Source of the DNA: Pseudomonadota bacterium
GTDB lineage: Bacteria > Desulfobacterota > Desulfobacteria > Desulfobacterales > JBDRRP01
Reading direction: 5' to 3'
DNA: 64,000 nucleotides
NCBI GenBank assembly: GCA_043825735.1
Contig: JBDRRP010000093.1
Coordinates: 62,001 to 126,000 of the forward strand
Within the stretch, counting starts at the first letter, position 1. Every line of letters starts with the position of its first letter. The position numbers were made by a program, and so were the translations under genes. This document shows positions 1 to 10,045 of the stretch, piece by piece. Under the pieces are notes generated by a model. That model did not search any database and was not told the DNA's origin. It saw only the letters and a program-made list of their open reading frames with translations.

Positions 1-456
1 CCCTACCAGAAACTCGTCGTCCACCGCATGGCAGACGTAATCGGCCTCGATGGGCACCCGGCGCCGTTCTTGCTTGTCGAGAAGGGTGCAAACTTTTACA
101 CTCGCCGCACCCAGTGATTGGAAGTGAGAGACCATGCAATGCAATGTCAGCCCGGTATCCACAATGTCCTCTACGATGAGAACGTCTTTTCCCGCGACAT
201 CGATAACGCGGTTCTTTTCCAGCTGGACACAACCGGTGGTCTCGGTGCCGGATCCGTAGCTGGAAGCGCGCACAAAGTCGATCTTGACGGGAATCGACAT
301 CAGCCGCACCAGATCGGCGAGAAAGAGAAACGCCCCTTTCAACACACCCACCATCACCACATCTTTGCCCTGATAATCCAATGACAGCCGTTCTGCCATG
401 GTCGCAGTCATTCGATGGATGTCTTCACTATCGAGAACGGGGATGAGTTCGGGCAT
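1..456 (-). CDS. hpt: Hypoxanthine phosphoribosyltransferase (3' end outside window; absent from ORF track)
   Basis: Manual translation from ATG at 456: MPELIPVLDSEDI...VGVLKGAFLFLADL...SSYGSGT...VLIVEDIVDTGLTL...TLLDK...EFLVG; PRPP-binding motif VEDIVDTG. Confidence 0.93.
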   Translation of the reverse strand, partial: MPELIPVLDSEDIHRMTATMAERLSLDYQGKDVVMVGVLKGAFLFLADLVRLMSIPVKIDFVRASSYGSGTETTGCVQLEKNRVIDVAGKDVLIVEDIVDTGLTLHCMVSHFQSLGAASVKVCTLLDKQERRRVPIEADYVCHAVDDEFLVG

Positions 457-581
457 ATTTTTGCTGTCGGTTCGGTGTCGAAAAGCCGCGAATGCCATGG
501 CTTTCGTGGCACCCCACAGTGGTGCGACTATCAGATCAGAGGTAACACTGCGGCTCACCTGTTGTCAATGATTTTAGTTTG

Positions 582-1496
582 TTACAAACCTTCTGCCGCA
601 AGTTGTTCAATGATCTCTTTCTGTTTTGAGGACAGTTTTCGCGGGATGTCGACGAGGATAGTGACGTACAGATCCCCGCGGTGCTTCTTTTTCATTTCCG
701 GCAGACCATGGCCGGGCAGCCGCATCCGCGTTTTGTGCCGGGTACCCGGCGGGACCTTCAGGCTTAGAGATTTTCCGTCAAGCGTAGACACGTCCACCGT
801 GGTTCCCAGTAATGCGTCGGTGAGCTTGATTTCACGATTGACGTTCAAATCGTGATCTTCCAGAGCGAATATCGGGTGAGGCAACAGTTTCACCTGGATG
901 AAAAGGTCTCCCGGTGCGCCACCGTATCCGCTGGCCTCGCCTTTTCCCGATATCCGGAGCCGCTTGCCATCCAGCATTCCATGAGGGATCTTCACAGACA
1001 TGTTTTCCGTCTGGTTGCCATGCTGATAGGCGATGGTCTTCTGGGTGCCGGTCACCACCTCTTCCAGCGTCAGCGGCAGCTCATAGACCAGATCGCTGCC
1101 CCGCGGCGGCGCCTGGGAGCGCCCCCCGCCGCCGAAAGGGCTGCCGCCGCCAAAGCTGAACCTGAAGTTTTTACCACCGCCTGCGCCGCCGCCGCCGAAT
1201 CCGAACTCCTTGAAGATATCGGAAAAATCGAAGCCCCTGAAAATATCTTCCTGCGAGTAGCGCTGCTGAAATCCATCGGCGCCGAACATGTCGTATTGCT
1301 TTCTTTTCTCCGCATCACTGAGCACCGCATACGCCTCGGAAATCTGCTTGAACTTGTCTTCGGCAGACTTGTCGTCCTTGGTGTGATCCGGATGATACTT
1401 CATCGCCAGCTTCCGGTAGGCTTTCTTGATTTCGGATTCGGAAGCGCTTTTCTCAACGCCCAGTATCGTGTAGTAATCGGTCGCGGCCATAGTCAT
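582..1496 (-). CDS. DnaJ-class co-chaperone without zinc finger (CbpA-like)
   Basis: J-domain with HPD motif (KYHPD), G/F-rich linker, DnaJ C-terminal domain, no CxxCxGxG repeats. Confidence 0.92.
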   Translation of the reverse strand: MTMAATDYYTILGVEKSASESEIKKAYRKLAMKYHPDHTKDDKSAEDKFKQISEAYAVLSDAEKRKQYDMFGADGFQQRYSQEDIFRGFDFSDIFKEFGFGGGGAGGGKNFRFSFGGGSPFGGGGRSQAPPRGSDLVYELPLTLEEVVTGTQKTIAYQHGNQTENMSVKIPHGMLDGKRLRISGKGEASGYGGAPGDLFIQVKLLPHPIFALEDHDLNVNREIKLTDALLGTTVDVSTLDGKSLSLKVPPGTRHKTRMRLPGHGLPEMKKKHRGDLYVTILVDIPRKLSSKQKEIIEQLAAEGL

Positions 1497-1580
1497 CCAA
1501 TCGCATTCTATCTTATTAAAATAATTGCATATGACAACACATCGCCTAATCGGGAAAAATAAGATTCCGCTATCGCCATG

Positions 1581-3461
1581 TCAAGACGCCGAGGGTTCTG
1601 CGCCGCGGTGGACTTTCAGGGCGATCAGCACCACGGAAATGGCGGCCGGGGTCATTCCATCCACGCGGGCGGCCTGCCCCAGAGAAACCGGTCTCACCTC
1701 GCTAAGTTTCCCTTTGAGTTCGTTGGAGAGTCCGTGCACGGCGATAAAATCGAAATCCTCCGGGATCCGGACTTTCTCCGCATCCCTGAACTTGGCGATC
1801 TCACGGAGCTGACGCTGGATGTAGCCTTCGTATTTGACTTCAATCTCAACCTGGCGGGAGACTTCCGGCGCAATGGGCGTCGGCGACGGCGCCAGGGCCG
1901 ATACCGTGTTGTAATCGATTCCCGCTCGTTTGAGTAGCTGATCGAGATGGATGCCTGTCGTCAGCGGCGGCTGACCACAGCGGGTCAGGTGATCGTTGGC
2001 CGCCGCACCGGGCTTTATGACAGTGGTGCGCACTCGCCGGCGTTCGTCGTCGATCAATCGCCGCCGCTCGCGAATCTCGGTGACATGCGCGTCGGATATC
2101 AACCCCAGCGCGTGCCCGATCTCCATAAGGCGCAAATCCGCATTGTCCTCCCTGAGCATCAGTCGGTACTCCGAGCGCGAAGTAAACATGCGATAGGGCT
2201 CGCGGGTGCCGCGGGTCACCAGGTCATCTACCATCACCGCCATGTAGGCCTGGGAGCGGTCCAGCACGAAAGGCGGCCGACCCATCACCTGGCAGGCGGC
2301 ATTGACTCCGGCCCATAGGCCTTGGGCGGCGGCCTCCTCGTAGCCGGAGGTGCCGTTGATCTGACCGGCGGTGAACAGTCCGGCAATGCGCTTGGTCTCC
2401 AGAGTCGGTTTCAACTGCACCGGATTGAGGTAGTCGTACTCGATGGCATAGGCCGGACGCATGATTTCAGCATCAGCGAGGCCGTCCACAGCCCGGACCA
2501 CGTCGATCTGGATCTCCAGCGGAAGGCTGTTGCCCAGCCCGCTGGCATAAATCTCTTCGGTATCGAGCCCCTCGGGCTCAAGGATCACCTGGTGGCGGTC
2601 TCTTTCGGGAAACCGGACCACCTTGTCTTCAAAGGAGGGGCAGTACCGGGCCGACACGCCCTGAATCATGCCGCCGTAAAGCGCCGATTTGTCCAGATTG
2701 CGGCGGACCAGGTCGTGCACGCCCGGGTTGGTGTGCCCGATGTAGCTGGGCAGTTGGGGCAGGGGCTGGGCATCAGTGAACACCGAAAAAGGGCGCACCG
2801 GCGCGTCGTTTTCCACCTGGGCGGTGAAACGCGAGAAATCGATGCTCTCGCGTTTGAGCCGCGGCGGCGTGCCGGTCTTCATCCGCCCCAGGCTGAAGCC
2901 AAGCTGCACGAGCTGTTTGGGCAGCGCATAGGAGGCGAACTCGCCGGCGCGGCCGGCTTTGATGGCGGAAAAGCCGATGTGTACGAGCCCGCTGAAAAAG
3001 GTTCCGGTGGCCAGCACGACGGCGCGGGCGCCGTAGCCGAAACCGGTGGCATCGGTGATCCCCGCGACCCGGCCACCGTCCACCTCAAGTCGCGCCACCT
3101 TGGCTTGTTTCAGATCAAGCCGCGCCTGGCGCTCCACCGTTGACTTCATGATCCGGTGATAGCGGTTTTTGTCGTTCTGGGTCCGGGTGGACTGGACGGC
3201 CGGACCTTTTTTGGTGTTGAGGGTTCGGTACTGAATGGCTGTAAGATCCGTCACCTTGGCCATTTCGCCGCCCAGAGCGTCGATTTCTCTGACAAGCTGC
3301 CCCTTGGCCATGCCGCCGATGGACGGCGAGCAGGGCATTGCCGCCACCTTGTCCAGATCGATGGCGAGCAGCAGGACGCTGCACCCCATGCGCGCTGCGG
3401 CCAGGGCCGCCTCACATCCCGCATGCCCCGCCCCCACCACGATAATGTCGTAGCTTTTCAT
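1581..3461 (-). CDS. mnmG: tRNA uridine-5-carboxymethylaminomethyl(34) synthesis enzyme MnmG/GidA
   Basis: MKSYDIIVVGAGHAGCEAALAAAR start, KTGTPPRL, RYCPSFEDK, GQINGTSGYEEAAAQG; start trimmed to ATG at 3461. Confidence 0.96.
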   Translation of the reverse strand: MKSYDIIVVGAGHAGCEAALAAARMGCSVLLLAIDLDKVAAMPCSPSIGGMAKGQLVREIDALGGEMAKVTDLTAIQYRTLNTKKGPAVQSTRTQNDKNRYHRIMKSTVERQARLDLKQAKVARLEVDGGRVAGITDATGFGYGARAVVLATGTFFSGLVHIGFSAIKAGRAGEFASYALPKQLVQLGFSLGRMKTGTPPRLKRESIDFSRFTAQVENDAPVRPFSVFTDAQPLPQLPSYIGHTNPGVHDLVRRNLDKSALYGGMIQGVSARYCPSFEDKVVRFPERDRHQVILEPEGLDTEEIYASGLGNSLPLEIQIDVVRAVDGLADAEIMRPAYAIEYDYLNPVQLKPTLETKRIAGLFTAGQINGTSGYEEAAAQGLWAGVNAACQVMGRPPFVLDRSQAYMAVMVDDLVTRGTREPYRMFTSRSEYRLMLREDNADLRLMEIGHALGLISDAHVTEIRERRRLIDDERRRVRTTVIKPGAAANDHLTRCGQPPLTTGIHLDQLLKRAGIDYNTVSALAPSPTPIAPEVSRQVEIEVKYEGYIQRQLREIAKFRDAEKVRIPEDFDFIAVHGLSNELKGKLSEVRPVSLGQAARVDGMTPAAISVVLIALKVHRGAEPSAS

Positions 3462-3748
3462 GATTTTTCTCCAAGCAAATTGGAGAAAAGGGTTCGAAGG
3501 GCTTGTCCGCCGTTGCCGTGTGGCGGGTTCAAGGGGCCAAGGGGCCAAGGAAATGCTGAAATGTTCTTAGAAAAGCGGTATGCCATAGTTGTGTCTCCAT
3601 TTACGGTGCACACCATGATATGCAATGCAAGGGCTGTCAAGTGCGCAGCGCTGACGCGCCGCACTGCGACAGCAACATTTGGTCCCCGAAAATCCCGGAA
3701 AAATGTAGGGGCGGGGTTTACCCCCGCCCGTGTTCGGTGGACCACGAT

Positions 3749-3882
3749 TGATGGCCCCGTAAAAGTCCCTGAGCCCGTCACCCCGGCGAAGGCCGGGGTC
3801 CAGAAATGCCTGAAAACACTGGATCCCGGCCTTCGCCGGGATGGCAGAAAAAAGAGGAATCCGACTTTTTACGGAGTCATCA
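3749..3882. mobile_element. MITE-like element, family A (TIR GA-N-CGTAAAAAGTC ... GACTTTTTACG-N-TC, internal GC hairpins)
   Basis: gatggccccgtaaaaagtc ... gactttttacggagtcatc with internal ccccggcgaaggccgggg; related copies elsewhere in window. Confidence 0.7.
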
Positions 3883-3983
3883 CGATTGGGCCTTCCACTG
3901 TCAACGACTCAAGTCGGGACCGCTCAACTTGAGGATGGGACATAACCAAAAACGATGATCCGGTTAGACAAGATCAGCGGCCT

Positions 3984-4949
3984 ATGAAGATACCTGAAAA
4001 ACGCTACCGCGATCTCAACAGTTATTTCCGTGCCCGGTTCGGTGAGCGGGTCCACAAGATCACCGTGGACGCCGGTTTCACCTGCCCCAATCGTGACGGG
4101 CGACTGTCCACCGGGGGGTGCATCTACTGCAATGCCAAGGGCTCGGGAACCGGCCAGCACGGCCTGGGGCGCACCGTCACCGAGCAGCTCGAAGCGGCCC
4201 GATCACGCATCGCCAAACGGTTCAAGGCCACCAAATACATCGCCTATTTTCAGTCGTTCACCAACACGTACGCGCCGGTGGTTACCCTCAAACGGCTCTA
4301 CGACGAAGCACTGGCCGTGGAAGGCGTCGTGGGGCTCGCCATCGGGACCCGGCCCGACTGCGTCTCGCCGGAAACGCTGGAACTGCTGGCCGGCTACACC
4401 GGCAACCATCACGTGTGGGTGGAATACGGGCTTCAGTCGGCCAATGACACCACCCTGGCCCGCATCAACCGCGGCCACGATGCGGCCTGTTTCGCCGATG
4501 CCGTGGCGGCCACCCGGGGCCGCGGGATTCTCATCTGTGCGCACATCATCCTGGGACTACCGGGAGAAACCGCGAAAGACATGCGCCGAACGGCGCGGTT
4601 TGTAGCCGATTTGGGGGTGGACGGCGTCAAGATTCACCTGCTCTATGTGGTCCGGGAAACCCCCATGGCCGAGCTGTATACCTCAGGGCGCTACACCTGC
4701 CTGACACCGGCGGAATATGCCGACCGGGTCTGCGACACACTGGAAGTCCTTCCCCCGGCCGCCGTGATCCAGCGCCTCACCGGAGATCCCCACCCCGATG
4801 AACTGCTGGCACCGGCCTGGGCGCTGGAAAAGGCAGAAACGATGGCGCTGATCCATCGGCGCCTTGAGGAACGTAATACCTGGCAGGGAAAGTGCTTTGA
4901 GGGGGAGGGGGGGAGACAACACGGACTGACACGGACTGACACGGACTGA
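3984..4949 (+). CDS. TIGR01212/YhcC-like radical SAM protein
   Basis: FTCPNRDG...GGCIYC cysteine motif, YFQSFTNTY, GTRPDC, VKIHLLY, IQRLTGD. Confidence 0.9.
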   Translation: MKIPEKRYRDLNSYFRARFGERVHKITVDAGFTCPNRDGRLSTGGCIYCNAKGSGTGQHGLGRTVTEQLEAARSRIAKRFKATKYIAYFQSFTNTYAPVVTLKRLYDEALAVEGVVGLAIGTRPDCVSPETLELLAGYTGNHHVWVEYGLQSANDTTLARINRGHDAACFADAVAATRGRGILICAHIILGLPGETAKDMRRTARFVADLGVDGVKIHLLYVVRETPMAELYTSGRYTCLTPAEYADRVCDTLEVLPPAAVIQRLTGDPHPDELLAPAWALEKAETMALIHRRLEERNTWQGKCFEGEGGRQHGLTRTDTD

Positions 4950-5026
4950 CACGGACTGACACGGACTGACACGGACTGACACGGACGAACACGGACTGAC
5001 ACGGACGAACACGGACTGACACGGAC
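4919..5026. repeat. 10-bp tandem repeat (ACGGACTGAC) x about 11
   Basis: Directly visible; two copies have the variant ACGGACGAAC; overlaps the stop codon of the radical SAM gene. Confidence 0.97.
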
Positions 5027-5084
5027 AATCACGGTCCTTGACCACGGCTCACGGCCCGGGTTCTCTGAACGCAGCCCAGCGTTT

Positions 5085-5144
5085 TTAGGTCCCTTTGGTC
5101 CCTTGAGTCACTTAGGTCCTTTTGGTCCTTTAGGTCTCTTTAGG
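5085..5144. repeat. Degenerate 9-bp tandem repeat (consensus about TTAGGTCCY)
   Basis: ttaggtccc tttggtccc ttgagtcac ttaggtcct tttggtcct ttaggtctc. Confidence 0.75.
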
Positions 5145-5168
5145 CTTATGCCCCTTGCGCCGCCACCG

Positions 5169-6833
5169 TCAGCCGCCTACCGTCAACCTGATTTTCTTCG
5201 CCAGCGGATACCGCCGCCCCTCGCCAAATGCCTTGGCCGTCACCTTGAGTCCCGGCGCGGCCTGGTGACGCTTGTACTCGTTGCGGTCCACCCGGGCGAT
5301 GACGGCGCGCACCATATCGGGATCAAAGCCCATGGCCAGAATGTCTTCCACACCGCAGGCCTCCTCCACGTAAGCCTTCAGCACAGCGTCGAGGACATCG
5401 TAGGGGGGCAGATCGTCCTGGTCGGTCTGATCCGGGGCCAGCTCTGCCGACGGCGCCTTGTCGATGATACGCTGCGGGATCACTTCCCGCTGCCGGTTGA
5501 TATATCGCGACAGCGCATAGACCCTGGTCTTGGGCACATCGCTGATGACGGCCAGTCCGCCGTTCATGTCCCCATACAGGGTGCAGTAGCCCACCGCCAG
5601 TTCACTCTTGTTGCCGGTGGAGAGCACCAGCGCACCGGAACGGTTTGAGATGGCCATCAGAATGGTCCCGCGGATCCGGGCCTGGATGTTTTGCTCGGTG
5701 ATGCCAGGCGCATCGGTGTCAAATGCCGGAGAAAGGTGCTCCAGAAAAGCAGTGAATATGGGATCGATGGGAATGATCTCGTAAGATACCCCGAGGCTTT
5801 CCGCCAAAAGCCGGGTATCGGTGAAATTGTCGGCCGACGTGTAGCGGGAGGGCATGAACACCGTGGACACGTTTTCAGGCCCCAGGGCCTCGGCGGCGAT
5901 CCCGGCCGTGAGCGCCGAGTCGATACCGCCGCTCAAACCGATGACCGCCTGGGAAAACCCGCACTTGGTTACGTAATCGCGTGTGCCCATGACCAGGGCA
6001 CCCAGCATTGAGGCCGTGTCGTTTTCGCTGATGGGATGGCGCTGTTTGGGCGCCGGCGCGGCGTCGGCGGTATCGAAGACCACCATATCCTCTGTAAAAT
6101 CGGCGGCCTGCGCCACCGGACGACCGCTGCTGTCAAAGGCGGTGCTGATGCCTTCGAAAAGGATGCTGTCGTTGCCGCCCACTTGGTTGGCGTAAACGAT
6201 GGGCAGGCCGTACTTGCGGGCGAGCGCGCCGTACATGTGCCACCTGAAGGCGCGCTTTCCCACATGAAACGGAGATGCCGACACGTTGATCAAAAGATCA
6301 GCCCCGGCGGCAGCCATCAGCGCCACCGGATCCATATGGTAGATGGGCCGAGGGAAAATGTCCGCATCGTTCCAGGCGTCTTCGCAGATGGTGAGTCCCA
6401 CCCGGCACCCCTTGTAGTCAAACACCGAGCAGTCCTGCCCCGGCTCGAAATACCGGCTTTCATCGAACACGTCATAGGTGGGCAAAAGCCGCTTGAAGGC
6501 CCGGTGCAACACCACGCCGTCCTCGAACAGAGCCGCCGCATTGAACAGCCCCTTTCCGTCCGGCGCAGGATTTATCGCGGCATACCCGCAAATGACACCG
6601 ATGCCCCGGATCCGGCCCATCAGGTATTCCAGTGCCGCCTGGTTGGCCGCCACAAAATCCTTTTTCTCCAAAAGATCCCGCGGTGGATAGCCCGAGAGCA
6701 CCAGTTCGGAAAAAACCACCACATCGCAGCCGTCCTTTTGGGCCGCTTCGGATCGGGCCACGATCTTGGCGCAGTTGCCGTCAAAATCCCCTACCCGGGG
6801 GTTTATCTGGGCGATGGCGATTTTCATGATCAT
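5169..6833 (-). CDS. nadE: Glutamine-dependent NAD+ synthetase
   Basis: N-terminal nitrilase domain (E, K, ICEDAW) plus synthetase domain GLSGGIDS, NIQARIRG, TGNKSE, PSAEL. Confidence 0.95.
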   Translation of the reverse strand: MIMKIAIAQINPRVGDFDGNCAKIVARSEAAQKDGCDVVVFSELVLSGYPPRDLLEKKDFVAANQAALEYLMGRIRGIGVICGYAAINPAPDGKGLFNAAALFEDGVVLHRAFKRLLPTYDVFDESRYFEPGQDCSVFDYKGCRVGLTICEDAWNDADIFPRPIYHMDPVALMAAAGADLLINVSASPFHVGKRAFRWHMYGALARKYGLPIVYANQVGGNDSILFEGISTAFDSSGRPVAQAADFTEDMVVFDTADAAPAPKQRHPISENDTASMLGALVMGTRDYVTKCGFSQAVIGLSGGIDSALTAGIAAEALGPENVSTVFMPSRYTSADNFTDTRLLAESLGVSYEIIPIDPIFTAFLEHLSPAFDTDAPGITEQNIQARIRGTILMAISNRSGALVLSTGNKSELAVGYCTLYGDMNGGLAVISDVPKTRVYALSRYINRQREVIPQRIIDKAPSAELAPDQTDQDDLPPYDVLDAVLKAYVEEACGVEDILAMGFDPDMVRAVIARVDRNEYKRHQAAPGLKVTAKAFGEGRRYPLAKKIRLTVGG

Positions 6834-6888
6834 GCTTCCAAAATGGTAGTATCGGTTGGCGTTGCTCTACTATGGGGCCTGGCCGGTG

Positions 6889-7821
6889 TCAACGAAGGGG
6901 CGTGTTTAAAAACGCCGCGATGTCCGTAAACAGGGCCGCGATGTCTTCGACACGGGTCCAGCGGATCTCCGCATCGGCCCGAAACCAGGTGAACTGGCGC
7001 TTGGCAAAATGCCGTGTGTCGCGCTTTAGCGTGGCGACGGCTTCATCAATTGACGTTCGGCCGTCCAGGAATGCCACCATGTGGCGGTAACCCAGCGACT
7101 GCATGCTCCTGAGCTCCGGGCTGTAGCCCCGGGCCAGCAGATCCCGCACTTCCGCCGCCAGACCGGCTGTCATCATGGCATCCACCCGCTGGTCGATACG
7201 GGCGTAAAGACTCTGGCGGTCCATGTCCAGACCGATCTTGAAGGTATCAAACGGCGCGTCGGCAAACCCGTGGTCCCGGTGGTGAGCGCTGATGGGCCGC
7301 CCGCTGAGGGTATACACCTCCAGCGCACGTACGATGCGCACGCTGTCGTTGGGGTGCACCCGAGCCGCCGTTTCCGAATCCACCGCGGCCAGCCTCCGAT
7401 GCAGCGCCGCTGCCCCCATCTGCTCGGCCTCCCGGCGCAGGCACCGACGCACCGCCGCATCCGAGGGCGCCTGTTTCGCCAGCCCGTAAAGAAGGGCCTT
7501 GATGTACAGACCGGTGCCGCCGGCGACAATGGGCACTCGGCCGCGGCCGGCGATCTCCGCAATGGCCGCCCGCCCCATGCGGGCAAAGCGGGCCGCATCG
7601 AAGGACTCCTCCGGGTCGGCCACATCTACCAAGTGATGACGGACGCAGGCCTGCTCATCAGCCGTAGGCTTGGCGGTGCCGATATCCATCAGCCGGTAGA
7701 CCTGCATGGAATCGGCGTTGACGATCTCACCGCCGAAGCGGGCAGCCAGCGCGATGGCCGCGCCAGTCTTGCCGACAGCTGTCGGCCCGCAGACTACGAT
7801 AAGGCGAATGCGCGTGTTCAA
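6889..7821 (-). CDS. miaA: tRNA dimethylallyltransferase
   Basis: GPTAVGKT, DSMQVY, IGTAKP, GGTGLY, AKRQFTWFR; probable TTG start at 7821 with GGAG 9 nt upstream. Confidence 0.95.
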   Translation of the reverse strand: MNTRIRLIVVCGPTAVGKTGAAIALAARFGGEIVNADSMQVYRLMDIGTAKPTADEQACVRHHLVDVADPEESFDAARFARMGRAAIAEIAGRGRVPIVAGGTGLYIKALLYGLAKQAPSDAAVRRCLRREAEQMGAAALHRRLAAVDSETAARVHPNDSVRIVRALEVYTLSGRPISAHHRDHGFADAPFDTFKIGLDMDRQSLYARIDQRVDAMMTAGLAAEVRDLLARGYSPELRSMQSLGYRHMVAFLDGRTSIDEAVATLKRDTRHFAKRQFTWFRADAEIRWTRVEDIAALFTDIAAFLNTPLR

Positions 7822-8299
7822 TTCAAACGTCTCCAGAAAAATACCTCTGCGGACCGAACGACTTAGGGCCACCGGCATTGATTGCCCGTTTTGATCTCAC
7901 CGATAATATGCCGCCGGAGTCAACTGCCGGCCGCAAACGTACTGAATATCGCGCAATGCCGTTACTTGACCCCTTGAACCCTTGTCGCTGTTAAGCCGTA
8001 TAGGCACAACCCTCGAACCCTTTTCTCCAACCAAATTTGGAGAAGACTCAAATACGTTACCCGCCGCGCGATCCACTGACAAGACACTTTTGCCCCGCCC
8101 CCGGTTTCATGCTAAAAGAAAACCGTCTGTGTTTATCAAATACGATTACTTGCATATGCACAATAATCAATTTGACTTTACCCGTAGCATTGAATGAGAA
8201 CCACGAAGAACACGAAGTGCGCGAAGAAAACCCTAAAAGCGATTCGATTTGAAAACCTTCGTGTCCTTCGTGAACTTCGTGGTTCTCAAGGAGTGGATT

Positions 8300-10045
8300 A
8301 TGAACATCGCCATCGTCGGCGGCGGTCAGCGCTGCCGCCAGCTCATGGAACTGGTCACGCAAGACCATTTCGTCGAATTCGGCCACCGGCCCCGGGTGGT
8401 GGCGGTCGCCGACCAGCGGCCCGATGCTGTCGGCATTCGGCATGCCCGGGAGCTGGGCCTGTTTACCACCGACGACTACAATGACTTCTTTGCCCGCGAC
8501 GACATCGACCTGATCATCGAGCTGACCGGTGACGACAGTGTCTTCAAAGACGTTCTGAAAAAGAAGCCGCCCGGCGTGCGGCTCATCTCGGCCGAGACCG
8601 TCATGTTCATGAATGTCGCCATTATCGGCGGCGGGGAGCGCTGCAAACAGATCACCGAGCTGATCACGGAAAACGACTTTGGCGGATTCATCCACAGACC
8701 CCGGGTGGTGGCAGTCGCCGACGCACGATCCGACGCCGCCGGCATGCAGTATGCGCGGGAGCTGGGCCTTTTCACCACGGCCGACTACAACGATTTCTTC
8801 GCCCGCGACGACATCGACCTGATCATCGAACTTTCCGACAACCAAACGATCTTCAACGACATCCTGAAAAAAAAATCGACCCGCGTCAGGGCCATATCGA
8901 CCGATGCGGCCATCTTCATGTGGCAGCTCGGCAACCTCGCCAATAAGGCCCAGGAAATGAGTCAGCAGCTTCAGGAAACACGCGCCCTGTACAAGGTGTT
9001 CATCAACGAGCTGATCCAGGAAGACGTCCTGGTGATCGGCGCCGACTACCGCATCATCGACATCAACGAAACCCTTTCCAAAAAGCTCGGCATCGTCAGA
9101 GAAGAGGCCATCGGCCGGTTCTGCTACGAGATCACCCACCGGCAAAGTGAGCCGTGCAACGGCCATGCCCACCCCTGCCCGCTGGTGGAAACCCTGCGCA
9201 CCGGAAAACCATCCCAGGCGACCCACAATCATCCGGGAAAAGACAACCAGCCCACGCACTATGCCATCTCCTGCTATCCGCTAATCGAAGCTGGGCGCCC
9301 CGTGGGCGCCGTTGAGATCAGCCGGGACATCACCCCGGACATCCAGATGCAAAAGCTGATGATGCATCAGGAAAAACTGGCCTCCATCGGGCGCCTGTCC
9401 GCCGGTGTCGCTCACGAAATCAACAACCCGCTCACCACGATCCTGACCAGCGCCATGCTCATTCAGGAGGATATGGATAAAGACGACCCCGCTTACGAAG
9501 AGTTGACCACCATCGCCAACGAGGCACTGCGGTGCCGTAAAATCGTGGCCAGCCTGTTGGATTTCGCGCGGCAGAACACTCCCGAAAAAAAACGGCACCA
9601 TCTCAACGACGTGGTTCTGGGCAGCATCACCTTGACCCGCAAGCAGGCCGCCTTCAAGGACATTGAGATCCGACACACCTTCACCGACGATATCCCCGAC
9701 ATCTTTGTCGACAAGCAACAACTTCAGCAGGCCGTGATCAACCTGATCCTCAATGCCGTTGACGCCAGCGCACCGGGAGACGCCGTTGCGGTGGAGACTC
9801 GTTTGATCGACAGCGGCTGCGTCGCTGAAATCACCGTCAGGGACAATGGTGAAGGGATCCCCACCGATCGCCTCGAGAAAATCTTCGACCCGTTTTTCAC
9901 CACGAAGGAAACCGGCACCGGGCTGGGCCTGGCCATCACCCACGGAATCGTTGAGCAGCACGGCGGGGTGATCCTCGCCAACAGCCGCAGCGGCGAAGGC
10001 AGCGCCTTCACCATCAAGCTGCCCTACTCGGCAGGAAAGCAATGA
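8300..10045 (+). CDS. Sensor histidine kinase with two tandem Rossmann-like N-terminal domains and a Cys-containing PAS domain
   Basis: AHEINNPL H-box, NLILNA N-box, DNGEGI, FDPFFTTK, GTGLGL; AAGGAG RBS before ATG 8300; 103-aa N-terminal duplication. Confidence 0.92.
   Translation: MNIAIVGGGQRCRQLMELVTQDHFVEFGHRPRVVAVADQRPDAVGIRHARELGLFTTDDYNDFFARDDIDLIIELTGDDSVFKDVLKKKPPGVRLISAETVMFMNVAIIGGGERCKQITELITENDFGGFIHRPRVVAVADARSDAAGMQYARELGLFTTADYNDFFARDDIDLIIELSDNQTIFNDILKKKSTRVRAISTDAAIFMWQLGNLANKAQEMSQQLQETRALYKVFINELIQEDVLVIGADYRIIDINETLSKKLGIVREEAIGRFCYEITHRQSEPCNGHAHPCPLVETLRTGKPSQATHNHPGKDNQPTHYAISCYPLIEAGRPVGAVEISRDITPDIQMQKLMMHQEKLASIGRLSAGVAHEINNPLTTILTSAMLIQEDMDKDDPAYEELTTIANEALRCRKIVASLLDFARQNTPEKKRHHLNDVVLGSITLTRKQAAFKDIEIRHTFTDDIPDIFVDKQQLQQAVINLILNAVDASAPGDAVAVETRLIDSGCVAEITVRDNGEGIPTDRLEKIFDPFFTTKETGTGLGLAITHGIVEQHGGVILANSRSGEGSAFTIKLPYSAGKQ

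Noticed and set aside
4919..5026. Possible CRISPR or coding repeat (SVSVRV ORFs on the minus strand)
   Set aside because: Contiguous 10-bp units without spacers; the ORFs are by-products of the repeat
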